64,000 nucleotides of DNA from Tubiluchus corallicola (lineage: Eukaryota; Animalia; Priapulida), in the NCBI GenBank assembly GCA_030141605.1, contig JAQGDQ010000026.1:868001-932000 (forward strand), written 5' to 3'. Under the pieces are notes generated by a model. That model saw only the letters and a list, made by a program, of their open reading frames with translations. It was not told the origin of the DNA and searched no databases. The translations under genes and the position numbers were made by a program. Numbering within the stretch: the stretch's first letter is position 1; each line of letters begins with the position of its first letter. This document shows positions 16,317 through 28,900 of the stretch, piece by piece.

Positions 16317-19300
16317 TCAATATTTCTTCATGGTTTTCTTTATTAACGCTAACCTCTGCTTGTGTGCTTCTGTCATTGGTGCTTTTCTGGGAGGACGACT
16401 GTCGTCACCTCCAAAACCAGGTATCCACATATTCCACCGACGTTCTGAAATAAGCCAAACTTGATGAATAATGAAAACCATAAAAGTGCATATCAGTATA
16501 CCGGAAATTACATGTAGTAAAACAAGAAATAGATAAAATGATTGCTAGTTATACAGTAACAACTGTTTACTAATTCTTATAAAAGGCCTAGTGATATTAA
16601 AAAAAATCCATTAAGCCAAGCTTTGCATTATGTTCTCAAAAAAGTCAAGATTTTGTCTAACTTTTTGTGCAAATGATGCAAGTTTAGTAGCTAAAGTCTT
16701 AAAAATAGCAAAAAAATCTACAGTCAAAATTCGTTATAACGCCGACCTTTGTAATGCCAACTTTGCTTAATGCCCATATTTTCGGCAAAACAAAATGTCT
16801 ATATTTGCATAGACATGTATGTATTAATGCACCTCGTTATAATGCTAAACTCGTTTAATGCCAACTTTTTTGCGGTCCCAAAGAAGTGACTGTATTCCAA
16901 ATGTATACCTGCTTTACTATAGATTTGTCCAGCTTATCTGCTTAAAAAACCAAAAAAGTTTGCTAACAATTTTTGCACCACAAATAATGGTAAATTATGA
17001 CGGTAACAATTTGCTGCATAGCTAAATTAAACACAAACTATACTAATAAACAGGAAGGCCTGATATACATTTGCTTAAATGCTGCTAAACAAACATGATT
17101 TAGTTAATACATTATCACTAAATGACAACTTAAAATTAGGAGTATAAGTAATTATTGAATTAGTACATTAATACACGTACTAGCCAAACCCCACAAAAAG
17201 AATTTTGTGCACAAATCAACACACAACCCACACCACACCACTCCACCTCATCACACCACACTGCACCACACCATACCACTCCACCTCATCGCACCACACT
17301 GCACCACACAATACCACCACACTGCACTGCACCACACCATACCACCTACACACCACACCACCCACACCATACCACTCCACCATATCACACCACACCATAC
17401 CACTGCACCACCCACACAGCACACCACACCACCCACACCATAATACTCCACCACATCACACCGCACACCACACTGCACCACACCACACCACACCACCTAC
17501 ACCATACCATTCCACCACATCACACCACACCGCACCACACCATACCACTGCAGCACACCGCACCACCCACACACCACACCACACCACCCACACCATACGA
17601 CTCCACCACACTGCACCACACCATACCACTGCACCACACCACATCGCACCACACCACACCACCCACACCATAATACTCCACCACATCACATCACACCGCA
17701 CTGCACCACACCATAACACCACACTGCACCACAACACCCACCCACCCACACACCACGCCACCCACTCCACACCACACCCCACACACCCTATCACCCCACC
17801 ACACCATCCATAGCACAACACACAAAGCACACCACCACCACACCACATCAAATCCACCACCTCACGTGGTGATCATGATGTTGATTGATGATGATGATGG
17901 TGGCAACGATGACGACACCTATAGCACAAGCACCAACAGCACAGCATTACAACAAAACCATTCCAAACATTTTTCACAAAGTTGAAACTATGTGCTATAA
18001 TAAAATAAATAGCAAAGGCCCCGCAAAAGATTTTGCGTATAAATACACGTGTAATCAATAATACGCGAACATCCTACCTAGTCCTCATTTATAACACAAA
18101 GCCCGTAACATCATGCCTACTGTTTGTTTAACTAACGCAAACCCGTAGCAGGCAGCGTTTTGCTGAATTAAAGTTATAAGATTATAGACAGAGTACAATG
18201 GATGACGTCACAACAATGCCTTTGCGTCAGCAGTTTTCTAAGCGAAAATTGCCGAAAATGGAACTTCTAATTAACTCGCCAGTACTCCTCTCGGTGGACC
18301 TGCCCTAAAATATAACCTACATCATCGTGTAGTCCTGTCCTTCCTCTTTGTAAAGAGCTATATATCTCCTTCCCAGAGTCGCACCGGGCGCCGCTAGAAC
18401 GTTTTTCCCGCAGGCTGTTTGGCCGAAATTTCGAAAAAATCGCGAGTTGGGTCCGGGAAAACGCCCGTTGCGGGGCGCCCTAGCCCTCTCGGGAATTCTA
18501 AATATGCCTATGACACCCATCGCTGAACGGGCTATCTATCCATACCCAGTACCCCCCTCGGCCCATTCCCGTTCTCTACATCTCAGCCGTATAACTTTTG
18601 CAAAAAACGGCCGAAAAATGGCCATTTTTGGAGGTTTTTCGCCTCCCGTTCCTCGCGGTGGGCCCCATTCGAAAAATAAACCCCCAATGAGACGACACTA
18701 GATCGAGACCTTTCGTTTGATATATAGATCGCCGCAAATGGTGCCCTCGTCCGGGCTGTAGCCTCGAATCTTATATATAAATAAATATATATATATATTA
18801 AGATACCAAGAATATTAATATAATAGCCAAACCCCACAAAAAGAATTTTGTGCACAAGTCAACACACAACCCACACCACACCACTCCACCTCATCACACC
18901 ACACTGCACCACACCATACCACTCCACCTCATCGCACCACACTGCACCACACAATACCAGCACACCGCACTGCACCACACCATACCACCCACACCATACC
19001 ACTCCACCACATCACACCACACTGCACCACACCATACCACTGCACCACCCACACACCACACCACACCACCCACACCATAATACTCCACAACATCACACTG
19101 CACAGCACCACACCATAACACCACACTGCACGTATGCAGCTTTAATTAAAGTATAAAATTTTTACCTACAAAGTTTGAGCTTAAATTAATTTCAACGGGT
19201 GAATAGAGTTGTGCTTGTTTTATGCCCACAAAAACATCATAGCCCTCGTTTACAATAACAGCACCAGCAAAAACAACAAAATGAAGATGATGGTGGCAAT

Positions 19301-22300
19301 AACAACGAAGACGACGTATTGTAAAAACAACAGCAGAAACTGAAAAAGATTATTCACACTTACCGAGATGTGTTTGTACATCACTAACATCAACTGTCGT
19401 GGCTTTCCTGTGTTTAGCTAACAGACATGCAGAACTAAACACATCTTCAATGAAATCATCTGCTATCTGCATTAACATCTAAATAAAATACACAAGTCAA
19501 AATTACATCTAAAAAGATAAATGAATCACTTTTTATATTTTACCTAAATTCATGCAAATAATCAAGTTAAGTAATCTTTCTGTTAAAACAAATAGCAAAA
19601 GATACCAGAAAATGAAAATCAATTGGAGGCTGCATATCAATTAATAGTAATTCAAAGATTTAGCTATGTTTTGCAAGAAGAAAGGAATGCTTCAACTTAC
19701 ATCAAGTTACGTGCTTTATGATTTGTCATAACACAATGCGTTATCTAGGTTGCAAAATTATCGTACCTAGCATGCATTCAGTTCTAGTTAAATGAATCCC
19801 AATTCAAAAAAGGTGTTATAATTTTTTGGACTTTAATTTGCCAGCAATGCAAAATAAAGGAAATGGAACATATGTAACTATGTGTAGTAAATAATTTAAA
19901 GAACTAGAAATGGTAGGAAAAATTTGGTGTTGTAATCAACACAAATTTCTATTCCAAGCAAAGTTCAACAACCATTTTTACAAACACAGAAATGGAAGAA
20001 AACTGATTCAACTTGAAATGTTCGATTGATCATGCCATGGAACTTCAACATTATTTTAAGATTTTATTGATACAAAATGGTGCTGCCATCTGTTAACTAT
20101 ATTTTTAATGAACAGTAATTGCTCGACTCCATACGATGCAGTCTGAAACAAGCTGCAGTCCAGCAGTCTAGGGCCCCACAAGATTGGGAAGGTCTGAAGC
20201 TTTAGTAACACTCGCTTTTTTCACTTCGGTTGTGTTGAAATATGTGTTACTGAGAAACAAAAGATAACTATTCTAGTTTATTTAAAAAATTTGCAATAAG
20301 TTTACTTCGGGTTATGTAAATGCCATTAAAACATACCATTTGTAAAAAATATCAAAACAGGTTAGTGGGAGTTAGAGAGTGGCTGCGTCTGAGAAAGGCC
20401 CAAAGGTCATCATCCGGCCCCGGATACATTCTACATTTTATTTTAATTGACTCTTTCACAACAATTAAGCCGAAATTTGTTAATCAATCAAAAATTTTGA
20501 TAACAGATGGTCAGAACCATATTATTACATAAAAAACACTGTAAAAGATCTGGAAAACAGTAAATAGTAAATGTAAACAGTGACATCTTACTTCTTCTAC
20601 ATCTTCATCTAACTGTTCATTAGGATCAATTTCTTTAACCAAATCTTGTATTCTTCGTTTATTTAACACCTGAAAATAGAAGACTTGAGTTAAGAATAAA
20701 AAGACTTATTGAATACACTGTTACCCTAAAATGAAAAGCAAAATTGAGAAAAATTAATTTAATTTAGAAAACAACTACTTCGTCAACTTTGTAAACACTA
20801 ATAAGCAGCACAGATCATATCAGGAAGGTATAAGAAAAACTTGCATGAAAATTTAAATTTTCGTATTTTCGCATTATGGTAACAAAACATAACTCGCTTT
20901 GTTTAATTTCTAATACATTTTTACCTGTGAATTGTCCATTGGAGGCAGTGCATTAACAGATGGCATTGATATCATAGACTGAAGGCCCTGTTTTCCTAAT
21001 GGCTGCTGCATAACTGCACCTGTTTTTACAGCACTTATGGCCGGCCTAACTGCATCACTGGTAGTCAACAAATTAGGCCTCACTGACATGGACGTCATGG
21101 GGACAACTGCAGGCCTAGGAGAAGCAGTTGCAAGTGAAACAATAGTAGGCCTTGGTGTAGCTGTTGCCAGTGAAGAAAACGGCTGTGTTGTCACAGTACT
21201 GTGATATGCACTGGTTTCTGCGCCACTTTCTGGCTGCAACCCAATATTATATCCAGCAGCAGCCGGCATGTACGGTCGTGCTGACGGTTGACTGGACGGC
21301 ATTACTGGTATCAAAGGAGGTGGCGGTTGACTCTGAGTCACCACAGGAATTAATGGGGGTGGGCCCGGACTTTGAGATTCCGATGTTGACACAACGTTTG
21401 ATAGTAAAGGTCTTTGCAGCCCAATGAGCTGCTGTTGATTCTGTTGTATCGGTTGCTGTGTTTGTTGCTGTTGTGCCTGAAATATAAAAAATAATAATCA
21501 ACATTGCATAGATGAGCAGTAAGTACTAATCACAAAGTTAAATGACAAGAGTGTGCAAAAAGAGATTGCTAGCCTGCATGTCAAGTATTAGCCCTTTGCA
21601 CTGAAGGGCTAATAATAGAACATATTTGCTTAATAACAGAATGCTGTTTATATCTATGAACATGACGCCATCGTTTGCTTCACAGCAGACTTTTTTTAAT
21701 ATCAAAAAATAGTACCCATTGCTGCCACACAATGTACACAAAGCTAGAAATCTCTTTCTTCACACACATGGCATTTAAATCTGTACAAAAAATCATTTGA
21801 AAAAAGAAATTATAAAAAAATATATACCTAGACATAAAAGTGATAAAACAATTAAGTAGAGTTGCCCAGGTTTCTTAACAAATGTGTTAGTAAATAATCA
21901 ATTCTAATTATAAACATCTGTCTTGCAAACCTGTGATAAGGACAGATTTTATCCACTGTATGCACCATTGATATGACTGAATGTCATTAATTACTAAAGT
22001 TTTCTCTGATTAAACTTACCTAAATATTCGGCCTAAAATGCCGTTTAATGAAAACTGAATAAAGAATCTTTCGTGTAACACTTTAAATGAGAAGAAAAGG
22101 GAGTTTGGTAACATTTTCAAAAAATCTTCCATAGAAATTGTATTATCCTGCATTATGCTCACCTGCTTGAAAACAACTGTCAGGGAAAAAGAAATATCTA
22201 AATAATTTAAAACATTGGTAAAACGTCATTGACTCACTATCCCAAATTGCAGCAAAAGACGTCACTAAGTCGCCAAAACACATATTACTAATCTTATTGA

Positions 22301-23462
22301 CAAAATAAATTTATACTTTTGCTTAGTTACCGAAGTGTGCATTATGAATAATTTTTTTGAACTTAACGCAATGTTATTTTAGACCTGCCTCAATTGACTT
22401 ACGGTAAAATAGCTGCAGCTAGCACTACTGCCGATACACATCCTGTATGCAATAAAACAGCATGTAGGTGACACAAAATTTACAGGTGAATTTTTTTGAG
22501 TTTATGTAAGAATAGTGTTTTCTTATGTTTGAATTACTCCTACCTGTGATGCAAGCAGCTTGGTCTTAAACTGGCTAAGTTTTTCATACTGTGCTAATTT
22601 GGTTGCATCGTATGGGCCTGGGCCAAGCATCTGAAATAACATAAATAAATTTATAAGTTGCTTAAAGCTTCATTATAATATATACCTACACACACGCACG
22701 CACGCACGCACACACACTATATATATATATATCAGGGCTTCCATAATTATTCAAAATAATATAAATAATTTGTTATTTTCTTATCAAATGAAAGTTTTGT
22801 TTTATATATATATATATAAAACAAATAATATATATAATATATTATATGATATATAATAATATATATAAAACAAAACTTTCATTTGATAAGAAAATAACAA
22901 ATTATTTATATTATTTTGAATAATTATGGAAGCCCTGATTGGGATAAAGTGAGCCAGCAGAACTACGGTTTTCGGTCTAATTCTGATACTTTTGACTCTG
23001 ATATTTTTGTGGAATAACTTTTTTTAATATGCACCTAATTTGTTAGAGGTTTTGAGTGCATTAAAATTATAGGTAGGTCAATTATCTGCTCACATCAAGG
23101 AAAAACCAGTTAAAGGATTAAAAACTGTTTGCCAGCATAATAAAATGTGCAACAAAATCGTTCGCAAGAATGGATACGGTGTTAAAAGATTACCTGTTTT
23201 GCTACAATTCTGTTTAGCTTGCTAACAGCAGCAATGATTAACATAGTTCATTTACTGTCTTTAGCATTACATTAGACAAAAGCTGAATCGAATCATTTTT
23301 TAGCTCATTGAAAAACCAAATGACAGTCAACGAAATAACTAACTATCATCTTACATTAAGCTGAGCATCTATGCTTTGTATGGCACTGGTAATACTAACA
23401 GGCTGCCTTTGCATGGCAGGGCTCCCGCCAGGTGCTGTTGCAGTAGACTGCTGAAAGTTCAT
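16317..23462 (-). CDS. TAF12: TFIID subunit TAF12 with extended N-terminus (355 aa)
   Basis: Exons 23462-23355, 22630-22544, 21476-20925, 20669-20592, 19478-19364, 16444-16317 (1068 nt, in frame). Histone fold VLNKRRIQDLVKEIDPNEQLDEDVEEMLMQIADDFIE..LAKHRK..HLERRWNMWIPGFG..TEAHKQRLALIKK. The two upstream exons rest on splice sites and phase only. Confidence 0.93.
16721..16892. mobile_element. Internally deleted pogo/Tigger-like MITE
   Basis: TA|CAGTCAAAATTCGTTATAAC ... GACTG|TA. Similar fragments near 11384-11450 and 37772-37850. Confidence 0.6.
17180..17860 (-). repeat. (CACCA)n-rich unit ending in a Helitron-like 3' end
   Basis: CAC-rich microsatellite. On the minus strand a hairpin (plus CACAAAA-AGAA-TTTTGTG, 17192-17209) precedes CTAG|T (17183-17179). 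Confidence 0.75.
18009..18803 (-). mobile_element. Non-autonomous Helitron-like element
   Basis: Minus-strand 5' end A|TC then (TA)n; GC-rich body contrasting with the intron; hairpin CGCAAAA-GA-TTTTGCG (18022-18037) about 12 nt from a CTAT|T end (one mismatch to CTRR). Confidence 0.65.
18823..19130 (-). repeat. Second copy of the (CACCA)n / hairpin unit
   Basis: Near-identical to 17181-about 17480, starting TAGCCAAACCCCACAAAAAGAATTTTGTGCACAA. Confidence 0.85.
22731..22939. repeat. 81-bp inverted repeat (fold-back, CAGGG hAT-like termini)
   Basis: 22731-22811 is the reverse complement of 22859-22939, separated by a 47-nt AT-rich spacer. Confidence 0.92.
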
Positions 23463-23739
23463 GGTATTCCTTTTAAAATGTAGAGTTGGTCACTTGGTAA
23501 CCATTATCCAATCACTGCAAAATCAAATAATGGTTCAGATATAGCTAAAACATTTGATAGTTATGAAGAATGTCACTTTTAATGACACTTACTTTAAATA
23601 GCTTACCTTTAGTAAAACTTATCGACTAAGTGAATCAACACATAAATAACTTTAAAATGAGTGTGAGAGTACATGAATCAGTGAACAAGTAAAAGAAATG
23701 AATTAACATTTGAAATGATGTGGATCGGCAAAATGACTT

Positions 23740-24180
23740 AATATCCAAGTAGGAGAAGTTGTTCCAAGGGTTGATCAGCCTCAAGCCAAATTAGTTCACT
23801 CTCAAGTTTCTTGCAGATTATTTCTTCTAGGGCTTCAAATGATGGCCTCAAATATAGGTTTGCAGCATGTCTGATTGTTTCTGCCTCTACAGCGGGGTAG
23901 GAATACCAAAGCTAGGAAGTTACTCCTCATCTGAAAGTTCACACAGATCATACACATGTTAAATGTATTTTTAATGTATTTAAATGTAGTTTGTAATCTT
24001 TGAAAATTTTCGATCACTATCATATCCTTTACATACAAGGGATCCTATACAGTACTCAAGACATAGCCATATCAATGCTTTATAAAAGCAGCAAAAATGT
24101 ATCTGTATCTGAGAAACTAAAGGTTCTCTTGGTGAAACAAAACACATTTTTGGTTTAGCTGCTATGTACCGTATCACATA
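23740..24180 (-). mobile_element. CR1-type LINE 3' fragment
   Basis: YKALIWLCLEYC resembles the CR1 YKxLVRPxLEY motif; INPWNN resembles the terminal WNxL motif. Confidence 0.6.
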
Positions 24181-24312
24181 AATATACCATACTAATAGTG
24201 CTCAACGCAGTACCTTACTGGTCTGTTTATTCGTTACCTGTTTGGCTTCTGTTAACTACTTAATTAGTGCATAATAGGCTCCTACTATACAAACTGGTTG
24301 TATGTTTGTAAA

Positions 24313-24359
24313 TATACCACTGATGATGACAGCAGCAGCTAGTTGAAACGTTTGGCATG
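24313..24359 (+). ncRNA. Minimal type I hammerhead ribozyme motif (Penelope-like-element type)
   Basis: TATACCA-CTGATGA-T-GACAGC-AGCA-GCTAGTT-GAAA-CG-TT-TGGCATG: core boxes, stem I, stem II and palindromic ACGT stem III. Confidence 0.7.
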
Positions 24360-24699
24360 ATTTTAACTTTTAATTTTTTAATGTAAAAGTTTTTAAATAA
24401 GTTGTGTTGTTTTTAACTACAGAATCGTTCCAGTTTGTTAAAATTAGGTCATAAATCATATTATCCCAGTCTGCATAATCATAATTCTTTCTTTATCGTT
24501 AGGTATAAGATATTTACACTTTGATATTTTTTATTTGCTTTTTCATTTGTGCTTATGAAAAAATTCTGTTTTTAAAAATAGAGCAGGTGAGTTAGTGAAT
24601 AATTCGTCTTCCGCTACTCCTACACACATATTAGTGAAACTTCTACTTCTATAATATTATAACGTGAAACGAATGTTGAGGAAATAAAATTGATTTCTA

Positions 24700-24975
24700 A
24701 TGCATTTATGAGCGGATTTCACTCTTGTAGGGCCTTGCCACATAAATGAGATTGCCAAGTGATCAGTAGTTAGCATAGGTTCTATGACAGCAATATTAAT
24801 TATACACAAATGCCTCATTACAAACTGTTCAAGCCCCTGCTGAACAACTATTTCTAAAAAGGCACTATATAAGTTCGGGCCCTTTCGACAAGTAGGCCTA
24901 CAAGACTCACCCCATATCAACTCAGGTAAATTAAAATCCCCAATAAGAACTGTGGGAAAATTTACATTTAGTAGT
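24700..24975 (-). mobile_element. LINE APE endonuclease fragment
   Basis: VLIGDFNLPELIWG ... QQGLEQFV ... TDHLAISF. Confidence 0.65.
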
Positions 24976-25439
24976 AGTAAATCTCCAGTAGTTATAATAT
25001 AACTTTTGAGACAAATAGTTCTTCGACTGTAACTGTGACAAATTGCACATACAATAGATTGTCATCAACACCTAGGTGACTCCACTGGCAAGTGTAAGTT
25101 GTTAAATACTCTATACTCTTGTTAAATACATTTGTTAAATACTCTATACAATTAGGCGATTAACTAAATAAATATTAATGTCGTACAAATAGGGGTGGTT
25201 GCTAGATGACCTCTTGGTTTTTCGCCACCTCGTCTTAATGTAGAGTTTATCATCTTAAACTAAAGAAACATTGAATGAATGTTATTATACGTGTAAATTT
25301 AAATGAGACGAATAAATTTAATCTAATCTAAATTAAATACAATCCTAATCCTAATGTAATTACCAGAATCATGAATCAATTTCAAATTAATCAATTCCCA
25401 ATGCACTACAAAAGTAACATAACACTCAGTGAACTTTCC

Positions 25440-25590
25440 ACGATCAAAAATTTACACGGTTACAGGAAACATTTTGCAAGCAATACCGAACGTCTTCGTT
25501 TCTCCGAGGAAAACGATTTGTATCCATAACAACGGACACTTGATCCCTGCACAACCCTTGTAATTTCTGTGTTATGTTTTCGTAAGTAAA
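25440..25590. promoter_or_regulatory. Probable bidirectional TAF12/UBXN11 promoter with RFX X-box
   Basis: Locally CpG-rich; X-box GTATCCATAACAAC at 25520-25533; plus-strand donor GTAAGT at 25582 and a candidate minus-strand donor at 25463. Both ATG exons are preceded by acceptors, implying non-coding first exons. Confidence 0.6.
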
Positions 25591-25960
25591 ACTTCAGTTT
25601 ACAAAAAGCTGTTCAGATACTTCTTGCAAAATTTTTAAGTTATCCGTGTCACAGTATTTACGATGATATTATGTAGTGCTATAGTTACGCGAATGCATTC
25701 AGGACCATAGACAGGAAGTAGGTATTATTTTAAACTATTAATTCAATTAAACTTATTGATATTGATAATTATTAAGATTGAAATAACGCACAGAAGAAAT
25801 CTATAACAGACATAAATTCGAGAAATAAGAATAATATTTCTGACCCATACACATTAGATCAATAGTATTATTCTAGAATTTATTTAAGTACTTGCACTAA
25901 CTTGCTACTAATTATTTTACAAGCTTATATAAGTTTATTTTGTTGTAGCACATGTTTGTC

Positions 25961-28900
25961 ATGAGCTCGCCATTATCTAATCTAAAAAAGCCCACTAAAT
26001 CACCATTGAAGCAGCCATCCAGTGAGGGAGAAAAATCCAAAAGGTACTAAATATTTTTCCTCTCCTTTTATATATCGTCTACGTACTGCAGTCTTATTCT
26101 GATAACGCCCTTAAGACAATTTTACTTTTATAGTATTGAAAGTTTCTGACATTGCAGTTATCAGATTCTGATTTTCAAATGATCAAATTTATAATATTAT
26201 TGTGGGCATGTTTATAATTATAGGCAAAAAGGGTCTCCATCTCAAAATCCAAGTTCTACTGTTGGTAAGTTATTATGCAGAATTAAGTAATTAGTTGGTA
26301 TTTAGCAAAAATCGTTAACTTTTTATACTTGATGAATGTACAGGTATACCTCTTGTAGCGATTAAATGAAAATTGCAAAAACTATAGAACTGGCAAAAAG
26401 TTAAAGCAGCTTGCAAGGTTATAATTGCATTATTTTTACTTTGCTACCAATCATCACAATAAATCACTCTTTATCAAACTTTTATTATTTTTGTCGAAGA
26501 CCGTAAAGCTGTTGGAGGAGCAAAGTCTCCAGTTGTGAAACAGTCACCAAAAGAAAAACAAGAAGCTCGCCGAGCAACTTCTCGTCATGGTATGTGATGT
26601 TCCCATCTGATCACTATTATATATACTACCTAGTTATATGTATGTTCTAATTATGAAGAAAATTACTCACTGAATTCACATTAATTTTAATATATTTTTT
26701 AAATAAAATAACAAGCAACAACATGGTAAACAAATTCCGTTTAGCCTCATATTGTATAATAGTTATAATTAAAATTGTTGATTAATTCTTCTAAATCACA
26801 TGGGTGCTTTCTATATAGGTGTTTCATATAAAGGCACTCATATTTTATTTCTTAGGTGCTCCACCAACAGACTTTGAGCTCATGTCGTCAATGATGGAAA
26901 AAATTTCAGTTCTAGAAGGACATGTGCATGCTTTAAAGAAACAACTGCTCGAAAAGGTTTGAGCAAACTGCAAACTCTTTTTCATTAATATATCACTCTT
27001 TCATTGGTCCCGTCTTCATTAGCACATTATTGTATGGCTGGGAGGTGACTATGGGGGTCAAAATACTATAATCACTAAAGAATTTATTCAAGAAAAAAGA
27101 GAATGTAGTTGAGTGTTAGCTTAAAGTTTCTCCAGCAAATTGTAGCTATTCCTATTCAGAAATGCAATTAACATCTATACAAAATGTACCATGTGCCATA
27201 TCCAGGCCATTCAAAAACTGCACAAATGTGAACAGCTAAATGTAAAAAACATTAAAATTCAATACATACAAAACTGCCAGTGCATCTGGATTTGTGTAGG
27301 CAGTCTGGATGAATCAGAATATATCTGGATAAGTTTAAACAAGTCTGGATGAGTTACCATTTTGCAGTCCCTGTTACTGGACATTCAAGGAAGGGTTAAT
27401 TGGGAGAAAATTGGATGTATGTGGATTAATTAGGACATGACCTTTATATAGTCTCAGAGTAACATTAACAATTTTATGTTTCACGCAATCTATCAAAATT
27501 TTAAGACTTAGTTTCGTAAAAAATTGTGAAGGATCGTTTATAAAAAAATATGTGTGGTATTTTGAGAGTTTTTATGTTATAACCTTCAGCTTATCATTAA
27601 GTGGAAGGTTGATAACTTTTATACACAAAGTTAAAGGAACATGATTACAAGCCATTACATCACCTAATTTTTTTTAAAACTGTTGTTTGATTAATTTTCT
27701 CTTTTCCTCTTGCTTTTAGTCCCAACATCTTACTTATTTAATTATGTAATAATTACTTACATTCTTAATTACGTATTTACAACTCTTATTTAACAACATA
27801 GATTTAGACTTAAGCCTGCTGAAGGGTTTACTGTGTTATTACAGGATAAAAGGATAGTACAACTGCAAGAAACAGTGACATCACACAACCTGGTTAGAGG
27901 TGAAGTGGTTCATGTTTGCTTATTTCTTTGTTACAGTATTTGCATTTTTCGAGATTAAAAGGACAATAAAATTTGTTGTTGCGTAGTCATAGTGAATAAC
28001 TAGATAGCTAGTAAGCACACCCCTTTATGAGAATTATTTTAACCACATATCACATCATCTTATATTACATGTTTTCTTTAGTAGTTAGTTGTGTTTACAC
28101 AGTGCAGTATATAAAGTGTATTGTGCACAGTGCAGTATGCTTAACTAGGCCTATCCTTGTGGTGCAAAATAAGTTTGGTACCGTAAACCTCGATTTTGCT
28201 AACAGCAATATATGCAGCATAGAATAACACACAACAAATTTACTTGGAAAAAAAATTGTTTAGATAACAGAGTGTCAGCCTATACTGAGATGTTAGAAGA
28301 AAAGTGCAACCGGCTGCAAGATCAGGTTGATGCCATGGAAGAATTTCTTAATGACTATGGTATGGTGTGGGTTGGGGCATCAGCGTCATCATCAGTTGAT
28401 GATCGATATGATATTCTACCTGAGCCAGAAACCGAGGCTCACAAGCCAAGTCATTCAAAACAGAAATCATGGCAACCAGGTAAATTAAATTTGGTTAGTA
28501 TATATGGTAGAGTTTGTTAGTTGTGCTGATCTTGTAAATAATTATAAGCCTAACTTTATTTTGAGTTATATTATTTATCTATAGTTTTATTTTAATCTTT
28601 AGTCAGTTGCACAAGCTTTTATTATAACCATATACATGTATGTATGGGCTTGAGTCTATTATTTTAAGTCTTGAGTATGCATGTCTATGCACAGTCTAGA
28701 GATCTAGGCACAAAATGTGGTGTGTGATTGCCTGGTTAAAGATTATAGCAAACTCTGCTTTGGAGTGTCTATTTCCTGTCTGAAGTTCAGGAACTAATAC
28801 TGATTTATCGAAGATGTTGAAAATACATGTTCAACTTTACAAGTTATAAACTTATTTACCAAAAAAACTTTTTGTGTATTTTGCTAAATTTTGAAGTATG

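Noticed and set aside
17205-17860. His/Thr/Pro-rich and Val/Trp/Cys-rich ORFs
   Set aside because: Translations of the (CACCA)n microsatellite, open in several frames on both strands; intronic.
18317-18855. GC-rich short ORFs
   Set aside because: Inside the Helitron-like element; no Rep/helicase or other motif.
18848-19156. Second set of His-rich ORFs
   Set aside because: Duplicate of the same microsatellite.
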